Assembly (NCBI GenBank): GCA_010909165.1
Contig: VJWM01000187.1
Location: forward strand, 124,001-188,000
DNA: 64,000 nt
Direction: 5' to 3'
From: Anthoceros angustus
Lineage: Eukaryota; Plantae; Anthocerotophyta
The notes under the pieces were generated by a model that was not told the DNA's origin, did no database searches, and saw only the letters and a list, made by a program, of their open reading frames with translations. The first letter of the stretch is position 1. Every line of letters starts with the position of its first letter. Positions 1-13,501 of this stretch are shown piece after piece. The position numbers were made by a program, and so were the translations under genes.

Positions 1-521
1 AGAGCAACACCAGCACCTTCGAGAACAACTTTTTCAGAAATCTCGAACAAGTCGCAGATCTGAAGTCATGCAAAATGGTTGAGTTCAAGCAAGTTCCACA
101 CTTCTCCATTCAGCCATGGTTTCTGAAAGGAATTTCAAATCTTGCTGAATGGCATTGAAGTCAAGGCGAACAGCTTGAAACACAGTGCAAATCAAGCTAC
201 ATGACGAACCGGAACACTGAAGGGAGCGCAAAGACAGAAGCAACCGCAGAGCAGAATTCCCACGGACAAAATCTGGATCTCCCTCCAAGGTCGGCACCTG
301 CTCCATGCTCGGATGCTGATGACCCTCTTCCCCCTGAGAAGGAGTGGAATTGCGAGGATCTGGCGACATTCTTTGCAACGTGGTAGATTTTGTTGGCTTG
401 ATCGTGTGATCGTTCCAGAGACATACTGTAAGTGGGTAGGTGTTGCAGGGTAGAATTGGGATACTTGGTAAAAAATTATGTTATAAATTGATAATTAACT
501 ACCCACATTTATTATGCAAAT

Positions 522-594
522 GGTCGCGTGGCCTAATGGATAAGGCGCTCGCCTCCGGAGCGGGAGATTGTGGGTTCGAGTCCCACCGTGATCG
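522..594 (+). tRNA. tRNA-Arg(CCG)
   Basis: 73-nt cloverleaf: acceptor GGTCGCG/CGTGATC, D arm GCCT..AGGC, anticodon stem CTCGC/GCGGG with CCG at 555-557, T arm GTGGG-TTCGAGT-CCCAC. Upstream CAA at 517-519 and an AT-rich leader, as typical of plant tRNA genes. Confidence 0.95.
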
Positions 595-756
595 TGATCC
601 TCCTCACTGTCGGTATCCACGTTAATGACTTGAACTGATTTTGCTTCCGTATCCTCTTGGGACTTCCCAAGGGGAAGATGCAAGCATTCATTCATTACAT
701 CAAGGTATATCATGTTGGAAGAAGAATAATCATAATCGTAACATTACCTATATAGG

Positions 757-919
757 AAGGAGAAGAAGAATTTTGTTATAGTTCACAAGTGGGGAAAGGG
801 AGGAGGAGAAGAAGAATTTTGTTATAGAAGAATTTTGTTATAGTTCACAAGTGGGGAAAGGGAGGAGGAGAAGAAGAATTTTGTTATAGTTCACAAGTGG
901 GGAAAGGGAGGAGGAGAAA
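757..919. repeat. ~50-bp tandem repeat, about 3 copies
   Basis: GGAGAAGAAGAATTTTGTTATAGTTCACAAGTGGGGGAAAGGGAGGA repeated, with one partial internal re-duplication. Confidence 0.85.
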
Positions 920-2151
920 GAGACCACAGCCCTAAGGGAAGGAGTCTATGGTTGGGATAAAAGATAAGAGGATGACCTGCGACCAAAGCAAGGGTTCGAA
1001 ATATGTTTTTCTCGGGGACATGACAACTTACACTACCCTCATAATGCACCATGGTTGCTTGAGCTACTTGCATCAAGGGCATCTTATTCTTTTAAGCACC
1101 ATGTTTGGGTCCCCAATTCCAATCTAAGTGCAAGATGTTCAATTATTACAGCCATGTTCATATGAAAGCGCGTTCATTTAGCACACCTTTATAAGTGCAA
1201 GATGTCTAATAATCATGGTTTTATAAAGGTGTGTTCATTTAGCACATGTCCACTTGGCACATTTGGATGTGTTAGGAATTATTCTTATTCCAATTCACAT
1301 TTGGATTTTTTCTAACTTCGATTTCGATATGATTTGAGTTTCTATTACTACCACATGAATACGTATCATTTTTTCTCTCATTTGGTTTCCTTTCATAAAC
1401 ATCATAATATGATATTTCTTGCCTGGTATGCAAAAGAAAATAATTTGTTAAGTTCAAGTTTACAAAGTGCATACATGTTCAACACATGGAAGACCATTAA
1501 TCTTACCAAGGAAATCAAATATTTTTATGAATGATTGTTAAGTTTGCTGGTGCGTTATTGAAATATAGTGCTAGGTGAATTAGGTTTTGTCACTAATAAT
1601 GCATATGTTTGAATATTTTGAAAATCGCATCTGCAAGACATGAGTGAAGATCAAAAAGAATTTTGAAGTCATCAAAATGCATTCTGTAAAAATAAAAATA
1701 AAAATAAAAATCAATCATAATTTTCTTTAAAAAGATTTACCTTCTATTTTCAGGTGGTGAATTCATGATAATAATGCCTTTGCAAAAATTTTGTGAAAAG
1801 AGAATGTTTGTATGGGAGTAGGTGATATGAATCATCAATATACGCAGCTTAACATTGCATTATGTCAAGGTTTATGTTGTCTTGGTGTTCGTTTTGTAGC
1901 AAAAATTAGGTTGGACCGCGTATTAACTTGAGGGTATATGGTTCTTCATAATCACCGTGTTATCACCAATTCTATTAATCTCTTCTTAAGAGATCACTGT
2001 GGTGGATTGTGTCTGAAAATATTACATATCTTGAACTTCAGCATTGAGACTTTAAATGTTGATTATGAGAATAGAAAAAGAACGCTTGGCCATCCCACTC
2101 AAAGAACCTTTGTCCTTTCCATTCAACATTTCTGTCAATGGACATAATATA

Positions 2152-3960
2152 TCATCTAGTGAAGTAATTATCAAGAACTCGCATGGCTTTTAGCACTCTA
2201 GTAGCTGAATTTGCCATTAATTGATAGCTCGCAATTTCTTCTATTTTTTTCTTTTCTTCTTGCAAATGAACTGCATATCTCTTTCTATAGGCCTTTTGAA
2301 TGATTCGAGCTGCATAATCTCTAGCCAATGTGTTATTCATGACTTCTGGACCTCCACTTAAACCTTTTAGTTTTTTTATTTCATCTTGTAAAATGCCTAT
2401 TCTTTTTCTCAAACTATTTGTAGCAGCAGAATTAGCTTCATCCATTGCTGTCTTCCAATCAATATCCTCTAAGTTGTCTTGATATTGACTATGAAATGAA
2501 TGTTCTTTTTGTTGTTCCTTAAGCTTCTCAACTTGTTTTGTTTGGAACTCCAAACTTTTTCTTGCTTCTAAAAGTTCTTCATCTTTAGAAAGTACAGCAG
2601 CCTCAAGTGATTGTAATCTTTCGTCTTGAAGGTTTAAAGCTTCTTGTAAGTTTCTAGTAATAACTCTAAACTCTTCCTCCACATTCACAATTGCTCTTGT
2701 GGATACTTTCATGGCCCTAGACCCAAATGTTAACGAAGACAATGATTCTTGCAAATACTCACTAGATGGAGCAAGATTGATTATTAATGAAGTTTTAGCA
2801 TTGCCTCCTAGAGATTCTTGAAGAAGACGGGTAAGTTTAGAATCACGAAATGGAACATGTGTCTTAGTTGGATCCGCTCTTGCACTAATACATTTTCCTA
2901 ACACAGTCAAAGATAGATTCACGCTCATAGCTTCTGATGCTCTTTGCCCCTCTGAACCACTCTTCTTTAACCTTTCCGAACCTGCTAGATCTACTAGATG
3001 CAACTTTCCCACTAGAATCTTCTCACTTTCTAGAAATGCAATTGAACTTCTTCTTCTTCTATCACTAACTTTCTTTTGTTTGGTATTCAAGGCTTTCTTT
3101 TCCACGGTGATCATCGCAATTGCATGACTTCTCGATGAATGTGCGTTAAGTTTTGTAAAAGCAAAATTTCTATTCCGATCACCAAGCATCAAGAGCTTCA
3201 TACAATCGTCAACTGATTTAACCTGAACCTCCTCAACTCCAGATACATATACACCACTTTCACCTTCTCGAATTTGCATGTTACAACTTTCTGGTCTTAG
3301 TAGGTCTTGAATCTGTTCCATGTATATTTGAATATATGACATAGAGACATGATATTCATGATCCTTATCATGCTTTGCCCTATCGAAAATTTCGGTTGCT
3401 GATCGTGGAATTATGCCTTCATCGTACTGAGACCCTCCAAGATTGTGATGACTATCGAACAAGGTATATGTTTTACCAGCTCCTGTCTGTCCATAAGCCA
3501 TGATGGTACCATTGTAACCATCCAAAACATCCATAACAACAGCCTTTGCAGCTACACTGTACACATCCATTTGTTGACATGTTTGTGGTAGCACTGCATC
3601 GAATTTGAACTCTGTGAAATCCGTAAAACTACCCCTCCTGCGCAGAATGACAGTGTTCTTTTCCGTATCAAGAAAAATGAAAGGCGCACCATCATCTTGG
3701 TTATTGTCTACTGTGGGTGGTGGCCTCAATCGAACCGTAACCTTCACTCTTTCAGATTCATCAATGCTAGCAGGAGGACGGCCTCCTCGTTCCACAGCCG
3801 CCATTGCCTTCGGAGGCTCCCTTCCCATATCCAACCCACTGATAATAGGACGATCAATTAACCTATCCACACTCAGACTCCTTCGTCGACCTATAGGAGT
3901 GCGACCTAAAGTCCGGAGCGTCACATGATCATCCAAGAGTTGATCTATGGGAATAGCCAT
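2152..3960 (-). CDS. Intronless kinesin, ARK-like motor without armadillo repeats; coiled coil and C-terminal IQ-like motif (602 aa)
   Basis: P-loop GQTGAGKT, switch I NAHSSRSH, switch II DLAGSE, HVPFRDSKLTRLL. VLDGYNGTIMAYGQTG and KSGSEG..NLSL..LGKCI..FG.RAMKV resemble the ARK clade. C-terminal AARIIQKAYRKRY. Confidence 0.9.
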   Translation of the reverse strand: MAIPIDQLLDDHVTLRTLGRTPIGRRRSLSVDRLIDRPIISGLDMGREPPKAMAAVERGGRPPASIDESERVKVTVRLRPPPTVDNNQDDGAPFIFLDTEKNTVILRRRGSFTDFTEFKFDAVLPQTCQQMDVYSVAAKAVVMDVLDGYNGTIMAYGQTGAGKTYTLFDSHHNLGGSQYDEGIIPRSATEIFDRAKHDKDHEYHVSMSYIQIYMEQIQDLLRPESCNMQIREGESGVYVSGVEEVQVKSVDDCMKLLMLGDRNRNFAFTKLNAHSSRSHAIAMITVEKKALNTKQKKVSDRRRRSSIAFLESEKILVGKLHLVDLAGSERLKKSGSEGQRASEAMSVNLSLTVLGKCISARADPTKTHVPFRDSKLTRLLQESLGGNAKTSLIINLAPSSEYLQESLSSLTFGSRAMKVSTRAIVNVEEEFRVITRNLQEALNLQDERLQSLEAAVLSKDEELLEARKSLEFQTKQVEKLKEQQKEHSFHSQYQDNLEDIDWKTAMDEANSAATNSLRKRIGILQDEIKKLKGLSGGPEVMNNTLARDYAARIIQKAYRKRYAVHLQEEKKKIEEIASYQLMANSATRVLKAMRVLDNYFTR

Positions 3961-4603
3961 GGCTCTCCACTACTTGCTCCTCCAGAAGAGACTTCACTCA
4001 TTTAGGGTTTCATCTAACTTCACACTTTGAGCTAACTGTCCCCAGCTCTTCTTTCAACGCAATGCCAACAAAACCTAATCCACAGCAGTTCACAAAAGCC
4101 AATCCAAGCATGAATGGACCACTTCACACACACACACACATCCCTACACCCTGTGCAACTTGGAAGAAAACAAAATGGTTACCGCCGCATTCCAACCAAT
4201 TCTACACACCTGGTCCCCATTCACAAACCAGTGACAAAAGCAAACTACAAATGCCGTTACCCACTGAACCCTTACGTGGCAGCTTGCCGGCCACGAGGTC
4301 AATGAAGTGCAGAAAGGTGGACGGACGAAACATGTGTGGAAGGGGATAAAACGGAACCAGCATCGCATGGTTCTGCTCCTCCTCATCCACACTGACAAGC
4401 CTGCCCAGGTTACCGGCACTGGGATCGCGTTGGAAGGAATGCGGGAAGAAAGCTTCACGATCGGAGAGCTTCACGATCGCAGAGCACGTTTGTGGGCGAT
4501 TCGCGGTTAGGGCGGTCGAACTGGAATGTTGAAGTGCCCACCGGCGGAAGCTTAGCGGTGTCCGCTTGCGAGGTGCGGGCAGGAGAGGTCGCATTTTCCC
4601 GCC

Positions 4604-6161
4604 ATGGCTGCCTCCACCGCTGCTCTTTCCCGCTGCTGCGTGGCCTTGGGAGCCTCGGTTAGCTCCAGAGCCAGCAGCAGCAGCAGCAGCACGAATTCTG
4701 TCCCGCAGCTCAGCTTCTCGCACTCCTTCCTGGGCCTGCGCAGATTGGCTCTCGCCTCTGTTTCCTCGAAGGAGCAGCAGCAGCAAAATGGAGCTGGTTG
4801 CGCAAGGGCCGCGGTCTCCGTAGAGCCTCCCAAGCAGAAGCGGAGCCAGTACGAGATCCAAACCTTCACCACCTGGTTGCTGCAGCAGGAGCAGGCCGGC
4901 GTGATCGACGCCGAGCTCACCATCGTGCTCTCCAGCATCTCCCTCGCCTGCAAGCAGATTGCGTCCCTGGTGCAGAGAGCCGGCATTTCCAACCTCACCG
5001 GAGTGCAGGGCGCTACGAATGTGCAGGGAGAGGACCAGAAGAAGCTGGATGTTATCTCCAATGAGGTCTTGCTTCCTGTTGTGCGGCATTGGAAGGGCGC
5101 AATTCCTGAGCCCGCGCCTTTCCCTGCCTCACATTTTGGTTTGTGGTGTGCGGGACGTGCAGGTTTTCTCCAGCTGCCTCCGCTCCAGTGGCCGGACAGG
5201 CATCATCGCGTCGGAGGAAGAGGACACTCCTGTGGCGGTGGAGGAGAGCTACTCCGGGAACTACATTGTGGTGTTCGATCCCTTGGACGGTTCTTCCAAC
5301 ATCGATGCCGCTGTATCCACAGGCTCCATCTTCGGCATCTACAGGCCTAATGAGGAGTGCTTGGCGGACCTCGGGGATAGTCCTACGGTACTAATTCAAC
5401 TGAACTGAAAGATGGTCTCGCACTCTATGGCTTCCATACTTCTCTCAAGTACTTCCCATGGTGGTGTGATGCGTTCTATTGTGCTGTGCAGTTGGACCAG
5501 ATTGAACAGAACTGCGTCGTGAACGTCTGCCAACCAGGGAGCAACCTGCTCTCTGCGGGCTACTGCATGTACTCCAGCTCGGTGATTCTGGTGCTGTCAG
5601 TGGGCAAGGGCGTGTACGGCTTCACCTTGGATCCTCTGTACGGGGAGTTCGTGCTCACACACAGGGAGGTACAGATTCCCAAGAAGGGCAAGATCTACTC
5701 CTTCAACGAAGGCAACTACGCTCTGTGGGATGACAAGCTGAAGAAGTACATCGACGATCTCAAGGACCCTGGCCCATCCGGGAAGCCATACTCTGCTCGC
5801 TACATCGGCAGCCTTGTGGGTGACTTCCACCGGACGATGCTGTATGGTGGTATTTATGGGTATCCTTCAGACAAGAAGAGCAAGAACGGGAAGCTCAGGC
5901 TCTTGTACGAGTGTGCTCCCATGAGCTTCCTGGCTGAGCAGGCTGGAGGCAAGGGGTCTGATGGTCGCAACAGAGTCCTTGACATCCAACCCGAGCAGGT
6001 GAGGTTTCTTCGGTTGCAGGTGCAGTGTTTGAAGTGCCTCTCCACCACCATGCTTCCTTTCTTCTTACACTCCTTTTGCCTCTATGCAGGTGCACCAAAG
6101 GGTACCTTTGTACGTAGGCAGCGTGGAAGAGGTCGAGAAGCTCGAGAAGTACCTTGCGTAG
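4604..6161 (+). CDS. cFBP1: Chloroplast fructose-1,6-bisphosphatase, redox-regulated type; 4 exons (4604-5065, 5163-5387, 5492-5998, 6090-6161)
   Basis: Ser-rich transit peptide, [18 protein letters not shown], regulatory loop EC...[22 protein letters not shown] introns give a continuous frame ending EKYLA*. Confidence 0.95.
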
Positions 6162-6812
6162 GTAATAAACTACTCATTGTAAATTTAGACAATCGCGAAA
6201 CTGCCATTGAGGCACCCACCACATTTGATCTCAACAGGAGTTACCTACCAGCCGCCTTGCCCTTGTGTCGATGGCACGGTGGAATAAGAATCAAAGTTCC
6301 TCTCATCAGTCCATCAGTCCAAATCAGGCAAACGGTAGATGGAACTCGGCAACTCCGCCTACCTGCAATTTGAGTTTAGCCTTACAAGAATTACGGGGGA
6401 ACATAAACCCTGAACCCAGGCTTTCGATTTGGATAAAGCCCACTCCATTCTTCCACAGTGATAGTGATTCCAATTTCCACATTGCAAAATTCCGGATTCC
6501 AATCTCTTCGGTAGGGTGGCTTTAGTGTGCCTAAGAACCAGAAACCGAGATTAATGCTTAATTCTGGAAGAGCGGGTGTGGCGGCATGTTCGTCAAGCCT
6601 TCGGAGGGAGCCTGGTCATCGATATGCCCACGCAGCTGAGCGTCATGGTCTATGAGACAGCAGACTGTTGCCCGATTCTGGGGTTGGTCGGGGCTCCGTG
6701 AATTCGTCTGTAGGGCAAGTGCGAAGGACATCGAGGTTTCAGTGGTGCATAGGCACCGGTGAAGGTTGTGGGTTGTGGCGTTGTCGGGTGGGCGTAAAGC
6801 AAAACTGTCACC

Positions 6813-9800
6813 ATGAGTACCGTGGACAAGATGCTCATCAAGGGCATCCGGAGCTTCGACCCGGAGAATACCACTGTCATCACCTTCTTCCGGCCGCTTA
6901 CTCTGATAGTTGGACCGAATGGAGCAGGAAAAACTGTAAGCAATTCGTGAATCTGAGGCCTGGCTGAGAGTGAATTTGGGCAGTATTTGAGTGATGGGCG
7001 TATCGTGCGTAATGAAATTTGATGGTTTGAGTGGGTTTGATGGTAATTTGTGTTTGACATCCTCGCTCGCTCGCATGCAGACTGTAATTGAGTGCTTGAA
7101 GAATGCGTGCACCGGAGAGCTGCCTCCGAACTCAAGATCCGGTCAAACTTTTGTTCATGATCCGAAGGTTGTTTGGCAATTTTGTTGCCCTGTCGGTTTT
7201 GCTCTGGCTGTTGGAGGGGTAGGGGATTGATGGGTTTCTTCGGTGTGTCTCAGGTTGCTGGGGAAACGGAAACCAAAGGCCAGATTAAACTCAGATTTAA
7301 GACTGCAGCTGGAAAAGACGTGGTTTGCGTACGCTCTTTCCAGCTGACGCAGAAAGCATCCAAGATGGAGTATAAGGCCATTGAAAGTGTTCTTCAGACG
7401 ATTAATGCTCAGACTGGCGAGGTAAGCGCGGCAGTTTCTTGACTCTTACTTGCAAGCATGTTTTGGTTTGTAGTCTGTTCAGAATTAACAGTTTCTACTA
7501 CTATTGCAGAAAGTTAGTCTGAGCTATCGATGTGCGGACATGGACAGGGAGGTTCCTACATTGATGGGGGTTTCCAAGGCAGTCCTAGAGAATGTTATTT
7601 TCGTACACCAGGATGAGGCCAATTGGCCGCTTGCTGAGCCGGCTACTCTCAAGAAAAAGTTTGACGACATCTTTTCTGCCACGAGGTGAGTGTTGGGTTC
7701 TAATCGAGAATGCTTGTTTCGGGGGTGTGCACAGATGAGGTTAGTGTGGCAGGTGGAAGTCGGATTTGCAAAGGCAACTCAAGTTATGTATGTCATGATG
7801 AGTGATTTTAAGGTTTGTTGCCTTTGGAAGATAATCTGGCACGGCTCTTAACACGTTTAAGGTACACGAAGGCACTGGAAGTTATCAAGAAGTTGCACAA
7901 AGAACAAGCACAAGACATCAAGACTTTTAAGCTGAAACTGGAGAACCTGCAGATAGTGAAAGATGCTGCTTTCAAGGTAGATTGATGAGTGGGAGCTCGT
8001 CAAGGGATATCTGAGAGTTTCTGCTGAAGAGATCACACTTCTCAAGGGTTGCTCTTGTGCAGCTGCAAGAGAGTATAGAGAGTGACAAACAGAAAGCTGC
8101 CCGTTTACATTCGCAAAATCGAGAACTTGAGAAGACAATTGAGGAGTTGCGGAGCAGGATGAATTCCATGGAAAGCTCCTTGAAGGACCTGAGGAAGTTG
8201 CAATCTCAAATAAGCACAAAGAAGGCCATGAAAGACATGCTGACACAGCGGAGAGTCAAACAATTGCACGATCTTGAGGAAGAAAGTGAAGGTTTGTACT
8301 CCTTCACACGATTGTGGACCTCAGTAAAGGGTCGGACAATTCCAGATGGTTTATAAGACTAGACGTTTTGTTCGTTTTGCCAGACTCAGATGAGGAACTT
8401 CTAACATGGCAAGCCAAATTTGAAGAGAACATTGGTGATTTGAGGATGACCATTGAGAAGATAGAGAGGGAGATCAAAACAGCAACCATTGAAATCGAGA
8501 CTCATGGGGAAGAATACACTAGCACGTGCAAGATACAAGGCAGGCTGCAAGCTGAGAAGGAGGTACTCAATCTTTGTGAGCAGATAGGATCCCTTTGTGA
8601 TTTCGTCAGGATCTCTTTTTCCATAATGGGGATGACTTTCCATGTTCTATGTACCTGCAGGCATTTGCGAAGTTGAGAAGGGAGCATGATTCACATATTC
8701 AACGGTTTTTCTCCGAGACCAATCTAGGTGTGGTTGACACTCTTCCACTAAACAACGACGCAGCCATTCGCTATGTCTCCAGAGCTTCTGAACGTTTGGA
8801 TGAGTTGAAGACGGATTTCCGACGATTGCAGGTGCTGCCTGGGTTGCTTGCAGCTCTGTTATTGTGTTCATAAAAAAACAAATTACCGTTTAGCGTGAAA
8901 AGCTACTGGTGGCCATGTATGCTGCAGGAAGAGAATAGCAGAAAGGTTGAGCACCTGCGAGAAACTGTGCAGCGGGAGGTGACGAAGAAAATAGAAGTCG
9001 ACAGCAATATCAGGGCAACCAAAGAGCAGCAGGTTGTATTTTTGATGTCTGAAGTGCTACGGTCGGCTCAGTTATCCTGCTTGACATGTGCTTATGGTCA
9101 TTGTCTGCGCAAACATTGCTTCAGAAAAGGGATCAAAGCAGGTATAGCTTGTTATCTGAGGAAATTGAGCTACTGTTAATGGAGGTTAACGAACAAGAGA
9201 TAGAAAGGGCAGACGAGACAGAGCAAGCACTGGTCAGTACAAAACTACAGAAAAATGATGTGGTTGCTCTCGCAGGCCTTGTGTGGTATTTGTGGTGGTA
9301 CCTGTCTATTGCAGCTTTTATGCTGACAGACACGCAAATGCAGGGAGAGGAAGCTTCAAAAGCTTCTAGACAGCTTCTGGAAAGAGGTTTCGAGTCCAAG
9401 ATACGGGCTGCAAAAGACCAGGCTGTGACACTAGAGGGCGAGAGGAGAAGTCTTCAGCGGAAGAAAGACGACATAGCGAGTGCATCGTCAGAAAGAGCAG
9501 CACTGAGGATCAGGAAGGAAACTCTGGTTCAGAGAGAGACCACATTGAGTGGAAGGTCTGTTGCTCAACCAATTACTTTCCTGTGCATACTGCTCGACTG
9601 CACTGTCTTGCAGGGAGAAACCACTCATAGCTCTAATTTCTGCAGATTGACAGTTATTAACGAGACGTACAAAAAGTTGGGACGAGCCAGGGCACCCGAT
9701 CCCAAGAATCTCAAGGGTGACGTCGAAGTTTCAATCAGGTGCCCAATATCTGGGCAGTGTGTGTTCTGGTGGATTTGATCAGGCAGCGCACTAACCTCGT

Positions 9801-12800
9801 TAGTCCTTGGTTGCTGCTAGCAAGCACAAGGAAATCGTGGCAGGGTTACAGGAAGACGTCAGGGAAGCAGAGCAGGAAGTTATAAAGGTCTCGTCAAGGC
9901 TTGAAGGAACCAAAAATACAATTCTGAAGCATGAAGCAGCTAGAGACGGTAAGGGTTAGATCCATGGTGATGGCCATGACGTGCATTCAAAGCTCAGTCT
10001 TCCTAGGAATGTCATTAACGCTGCTCTGTTCATGATCAGCGAAGAAAAAATTTCTGTTCAATGGGCTGAAGAACTATCTTCAGTTAAACGTAGATGTTTC
10101 TGCGTTTCCACGGCAGTTAGAGGAGGCTGTGAAGACGAAGGAGAAACGTTTCAAGTGGGTAGAAACATACAAAAGAAATTTCACCCTGGTTCTTTTGATT
10201 CAAAACTGCCTGACAATAGTGCTCAGCACATCTTAATTCTGCCATATTCGGCAGTCCTTAGGATTTTAGAATGAGACTATCTGCAGTTTGCTCTCTAACA
10301 TGGAGAGCGATCGAGGGATCCTAATGCTTTAGTTCTGCAGGGACCGTGCTGCACTCGAGGGAATGAGGACGTTTTACGAGCCCTTCCAGACAACTGCAAG
10401 GAGCAATCATGTTTGTCCTTGTTGTGACAGGCCTTTCACTCCTGAAGAAGAAGACGTATTTGTTAACAAGGTGTGGGACTATCTTTCACAGATCAAGAAT
10501 CGGTTGCTGTTTGGTGAGTCTTGTTCTGACCTAAGCATTCCTCTACCAGCAACGAGACCTACAGTCACGCTCTGAGGATCATTTGAGAGAATACCAAGCA
10601 ATGTGCTTTGATGCCGAAGTAAAAGCCACGGAGTTGGAGAAGCTGCGGCCAGCCTATGAAGAGTACATGAGACTTTCTACAGAGATAATTGCAGCTCAGA
10701 AGATAGTGGAAGAGCTGTCTTCCGAGGTGGAAAAGCTGAAGGAGGTTCAGGATGATGTGAGTAAGCACAGTAGTAGTAGTAAACTATATTTCTTTCTTTA
10801 CATTTCGATTTCTGGCCTGCAAGCTTCACGTTGTTGAGCAACATGTATCAGGCATCCATGGATGTTTCTGATCGTGGAATTTGGTCTTGTCAGCAAATAG
10901 GTCTGTTAGCACAGGCAAATGTACAGCTGGAAATTACCGAGAGCCTTCTGGTGCCGTCAAATGACGTTGACAGACTTCAGAGAGAGATTCAATCTCTTAA
11001 GAAGCTAGTAGAGGACCAGGAACTGAGTCTTGAAGCCGTGTCTCAGAGCACTGACAGCCTGGATGAAATCAACGGCAAGCTCGCTTTTGTGACTGAGCGA
11101 TGGTGAGCTACGTCCATGTTTCTAACCACATGTTCCTCCGTTACAGTTTGTGCGGGGATGCAATGTCGTTTTAAGTGGCACTCCTCTTCACATGCTAAAT
11201 CCTGTCTGTACACCAGAAAAGTTGAAGTGATCTGTTTTGTTACCAGGGAGGAGGTGAGGAGGAATATGGAAAAGTTGCTGGATGAGCAACGACATGCTAA
11301 TGATGACTTGGCAGTAATCAAGAGTCGCTGGCAGCGCGCAAGAGAGAGGAAGCTTGAAATGGCTGGAAAACAGGAGACACTGAGTCAGAAGAAGAAAGAC
11401 TTCGAGCAGTTAAAAGAACTAGTTATGGTGGCTGACAACTGTATGGCGGTACGCTTGGGTTAGGCAAATCCGTAGCGCTGCTCTGAAGAGATTCTAGGCT
11501 TGTCAACCTTGTGGGCACCTCTGGGATTTTAGCTGGTCTGATAGTGCTTTCTGAACGTCCATGCTCCTCAGGCGTTGGAAAGTGAAAGGGAGCCATTAGC
11601 GAGAAGAATTCAGAGTTTAGAACGGGAGCTACAGGCCTGCAAACGCAAGGTTGCAGCAGAGGAGGAAGATCGCATGAAGGATATCCGAGTTTTTGAAAAG
11701 GGGGTGGACAAGTTACAAGCCTCGGCGATCAGTATCAAAAAGTAAGAATCAGCCCCTGTCATAAAACGATGGCCACCGTTTAGGACATCTATCTACCCTC
11801 CTCCTGTGCTTGTGACTAGAGGTGACAGATGTTCAATTCATCGTCATTGCATCTTTTTCTGCCAGGTACTATGATTCTGAAACGGAAGCTAAACTAATCG
11901 ACGTCAATGTTAAGCTCTCCGACATCAAGGCTAAGCAGAAGGCCCGTGAAAACGAGAGGGAAGAGCTTTCCACCGAACTCAATAAGAAGCGAGAAGTACT
12001 GGGCAATCAGGCTCAGATCAAAAGAAATATTGATGATAACATCAGTTACAGGCAAACTCTTCAATCAGAGAAGCAGGCGGGCGAGGAGATCTCTTCTCTG
12101 GAGAGAGACATGCTGCAGATTGGTGATCCACAAACTGTGGAAAACGATCTCAAGAAGCTGGCCGCAGAGGAGCAGTCTTTACTGTCAAACGTAAGGTTCC
12201 GGAAAACTACCTCTTTGTTTGAACTGTGGGTCAAAGATCTTTCCTGAGATTATTCCGTCTTGCAGCTTAACAGGAGCCGAGGCAGTGTGGCAGTCTTTGA
12301 AAGCAACATGGGGAAAAGCAAGGTGGAGCTCAAAGAAGCTAAATACAAAGACATTGACAAACGATATTGCAGCCAGCTCATACAGCTGAAGGTGCGTCTG
12401 TGTTGTCAGTGTTTGCTTTACGGTTTCTCAGGCCTCGCCTTGGGGCAGACCTGTAGTTCACCTGGTTTGCTGCTGGTGCCATAGACCACCGAGATGGCGA
12501 ACAAGGACCTGGACAAATATTACAACGCACTGGACAAGTAATCAAGTGTGACTGTCCTACGATGCTGTGAACTACTCCACTTCCCCTTTCACTCACCGGT
12601 GCTACGTTCCTTTGCAGGGCTTTGATGAGATTTCATGCTCTCAAAATGGAGGAGATCAACAAGATAATCAAAGAGCTCTGGCAGCAAACTTACCGAGGAC
12701 AAGACATAGACTACATCGAAATTCGCTCTGACGCAGAGAGTGTTGGAACCAGATCTTACAGTTACAGGGTCTGTGACTACAACCGTTGCAACATGCTTTC

Positions 12801-13501
12801 GGACCGCTCATGGATGAGTAACGTCTCAAGAATCTGTTTGTGCAGGTTATCATGCGCAGCGGGGACGCTGAACTGGAAATGCGGGGTCGATGCAGTGCTG
12901 GTCAGAAGGTCTGTCTCCAGCCAACCCATGCTGCACCCATCTGCCACAGGCGTGCTCTGAGTGATGCCATCAGCTGACGTACATGCTGGGCATTTCCACA
13001 GGTCCTGGCATCCCTCATCATCAGGCTAGCTCTGGCAGAAACATTCTGCCTCAACTGCGGAATCCTAGCTCTAGACGAGCCCACCACCAACCTCGACACC
13101 CCGAACGCCGAGAGCCTGGCATCTGCTCTGCTCAGGTAAAGGACAGTCAGACTATGTCACGTTCGTCCTTGCACCCATTAATCCCAGTTTCTGCAGAGCC
13201 GTTTCTCACACACCGCCGTGCCCATCAGGATAATCGAGGACAGAAAGGCCCAGGAAAACTTCCAGCTCATCGTCATCACCCACGACGAACGCTTCGCCCA
13301 ACTCATCGGACAGCGACAGCACGCGGAGCGGTACTACCGCATCACAAAAGACGACCAGTAAGTCCTCCATCCATCCATCCATCCATCCATCCATTTATCC
13401 ATCCACTCCCATGCCCAACTCTTTTCAACACTCTCACGCTTGCTTACTCGTGCCCGTGCAGCCAGCACAGCAGAGTCGAGGTGCAGGAAATCTTCGAGTA
13501 A
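6813..13501 (+). CDS. RAD50: DNA repair protein RAD50 (multi-exon)
   Basis: Starts [15 protein letters not shown]. Walker [21 protein letters not shown], zinc hook CPCC (~10414), signature [10 protein letters not shown], Walker B/D-loop [18 protein letters not shown]. Ends VQEIFE*. Confidence 0.95.
13367..13404. repeat. (CCAT)n microsatellite in last RAD50 intron
   Basis: Read directly from the sequence. Confidence 0.9.

Noticed and set aside
1-430. Semi-open frames on both strands at the window start
   Set aside because: Internal stops and no recognisable motif; cannot be assigned.
595-642. Possible dicistronic tRNA-snoRNA (CTGA just before the T4 terminator)
   Set aside because: The trailer is only ~45 nt and has no good box C (RTGATGA).
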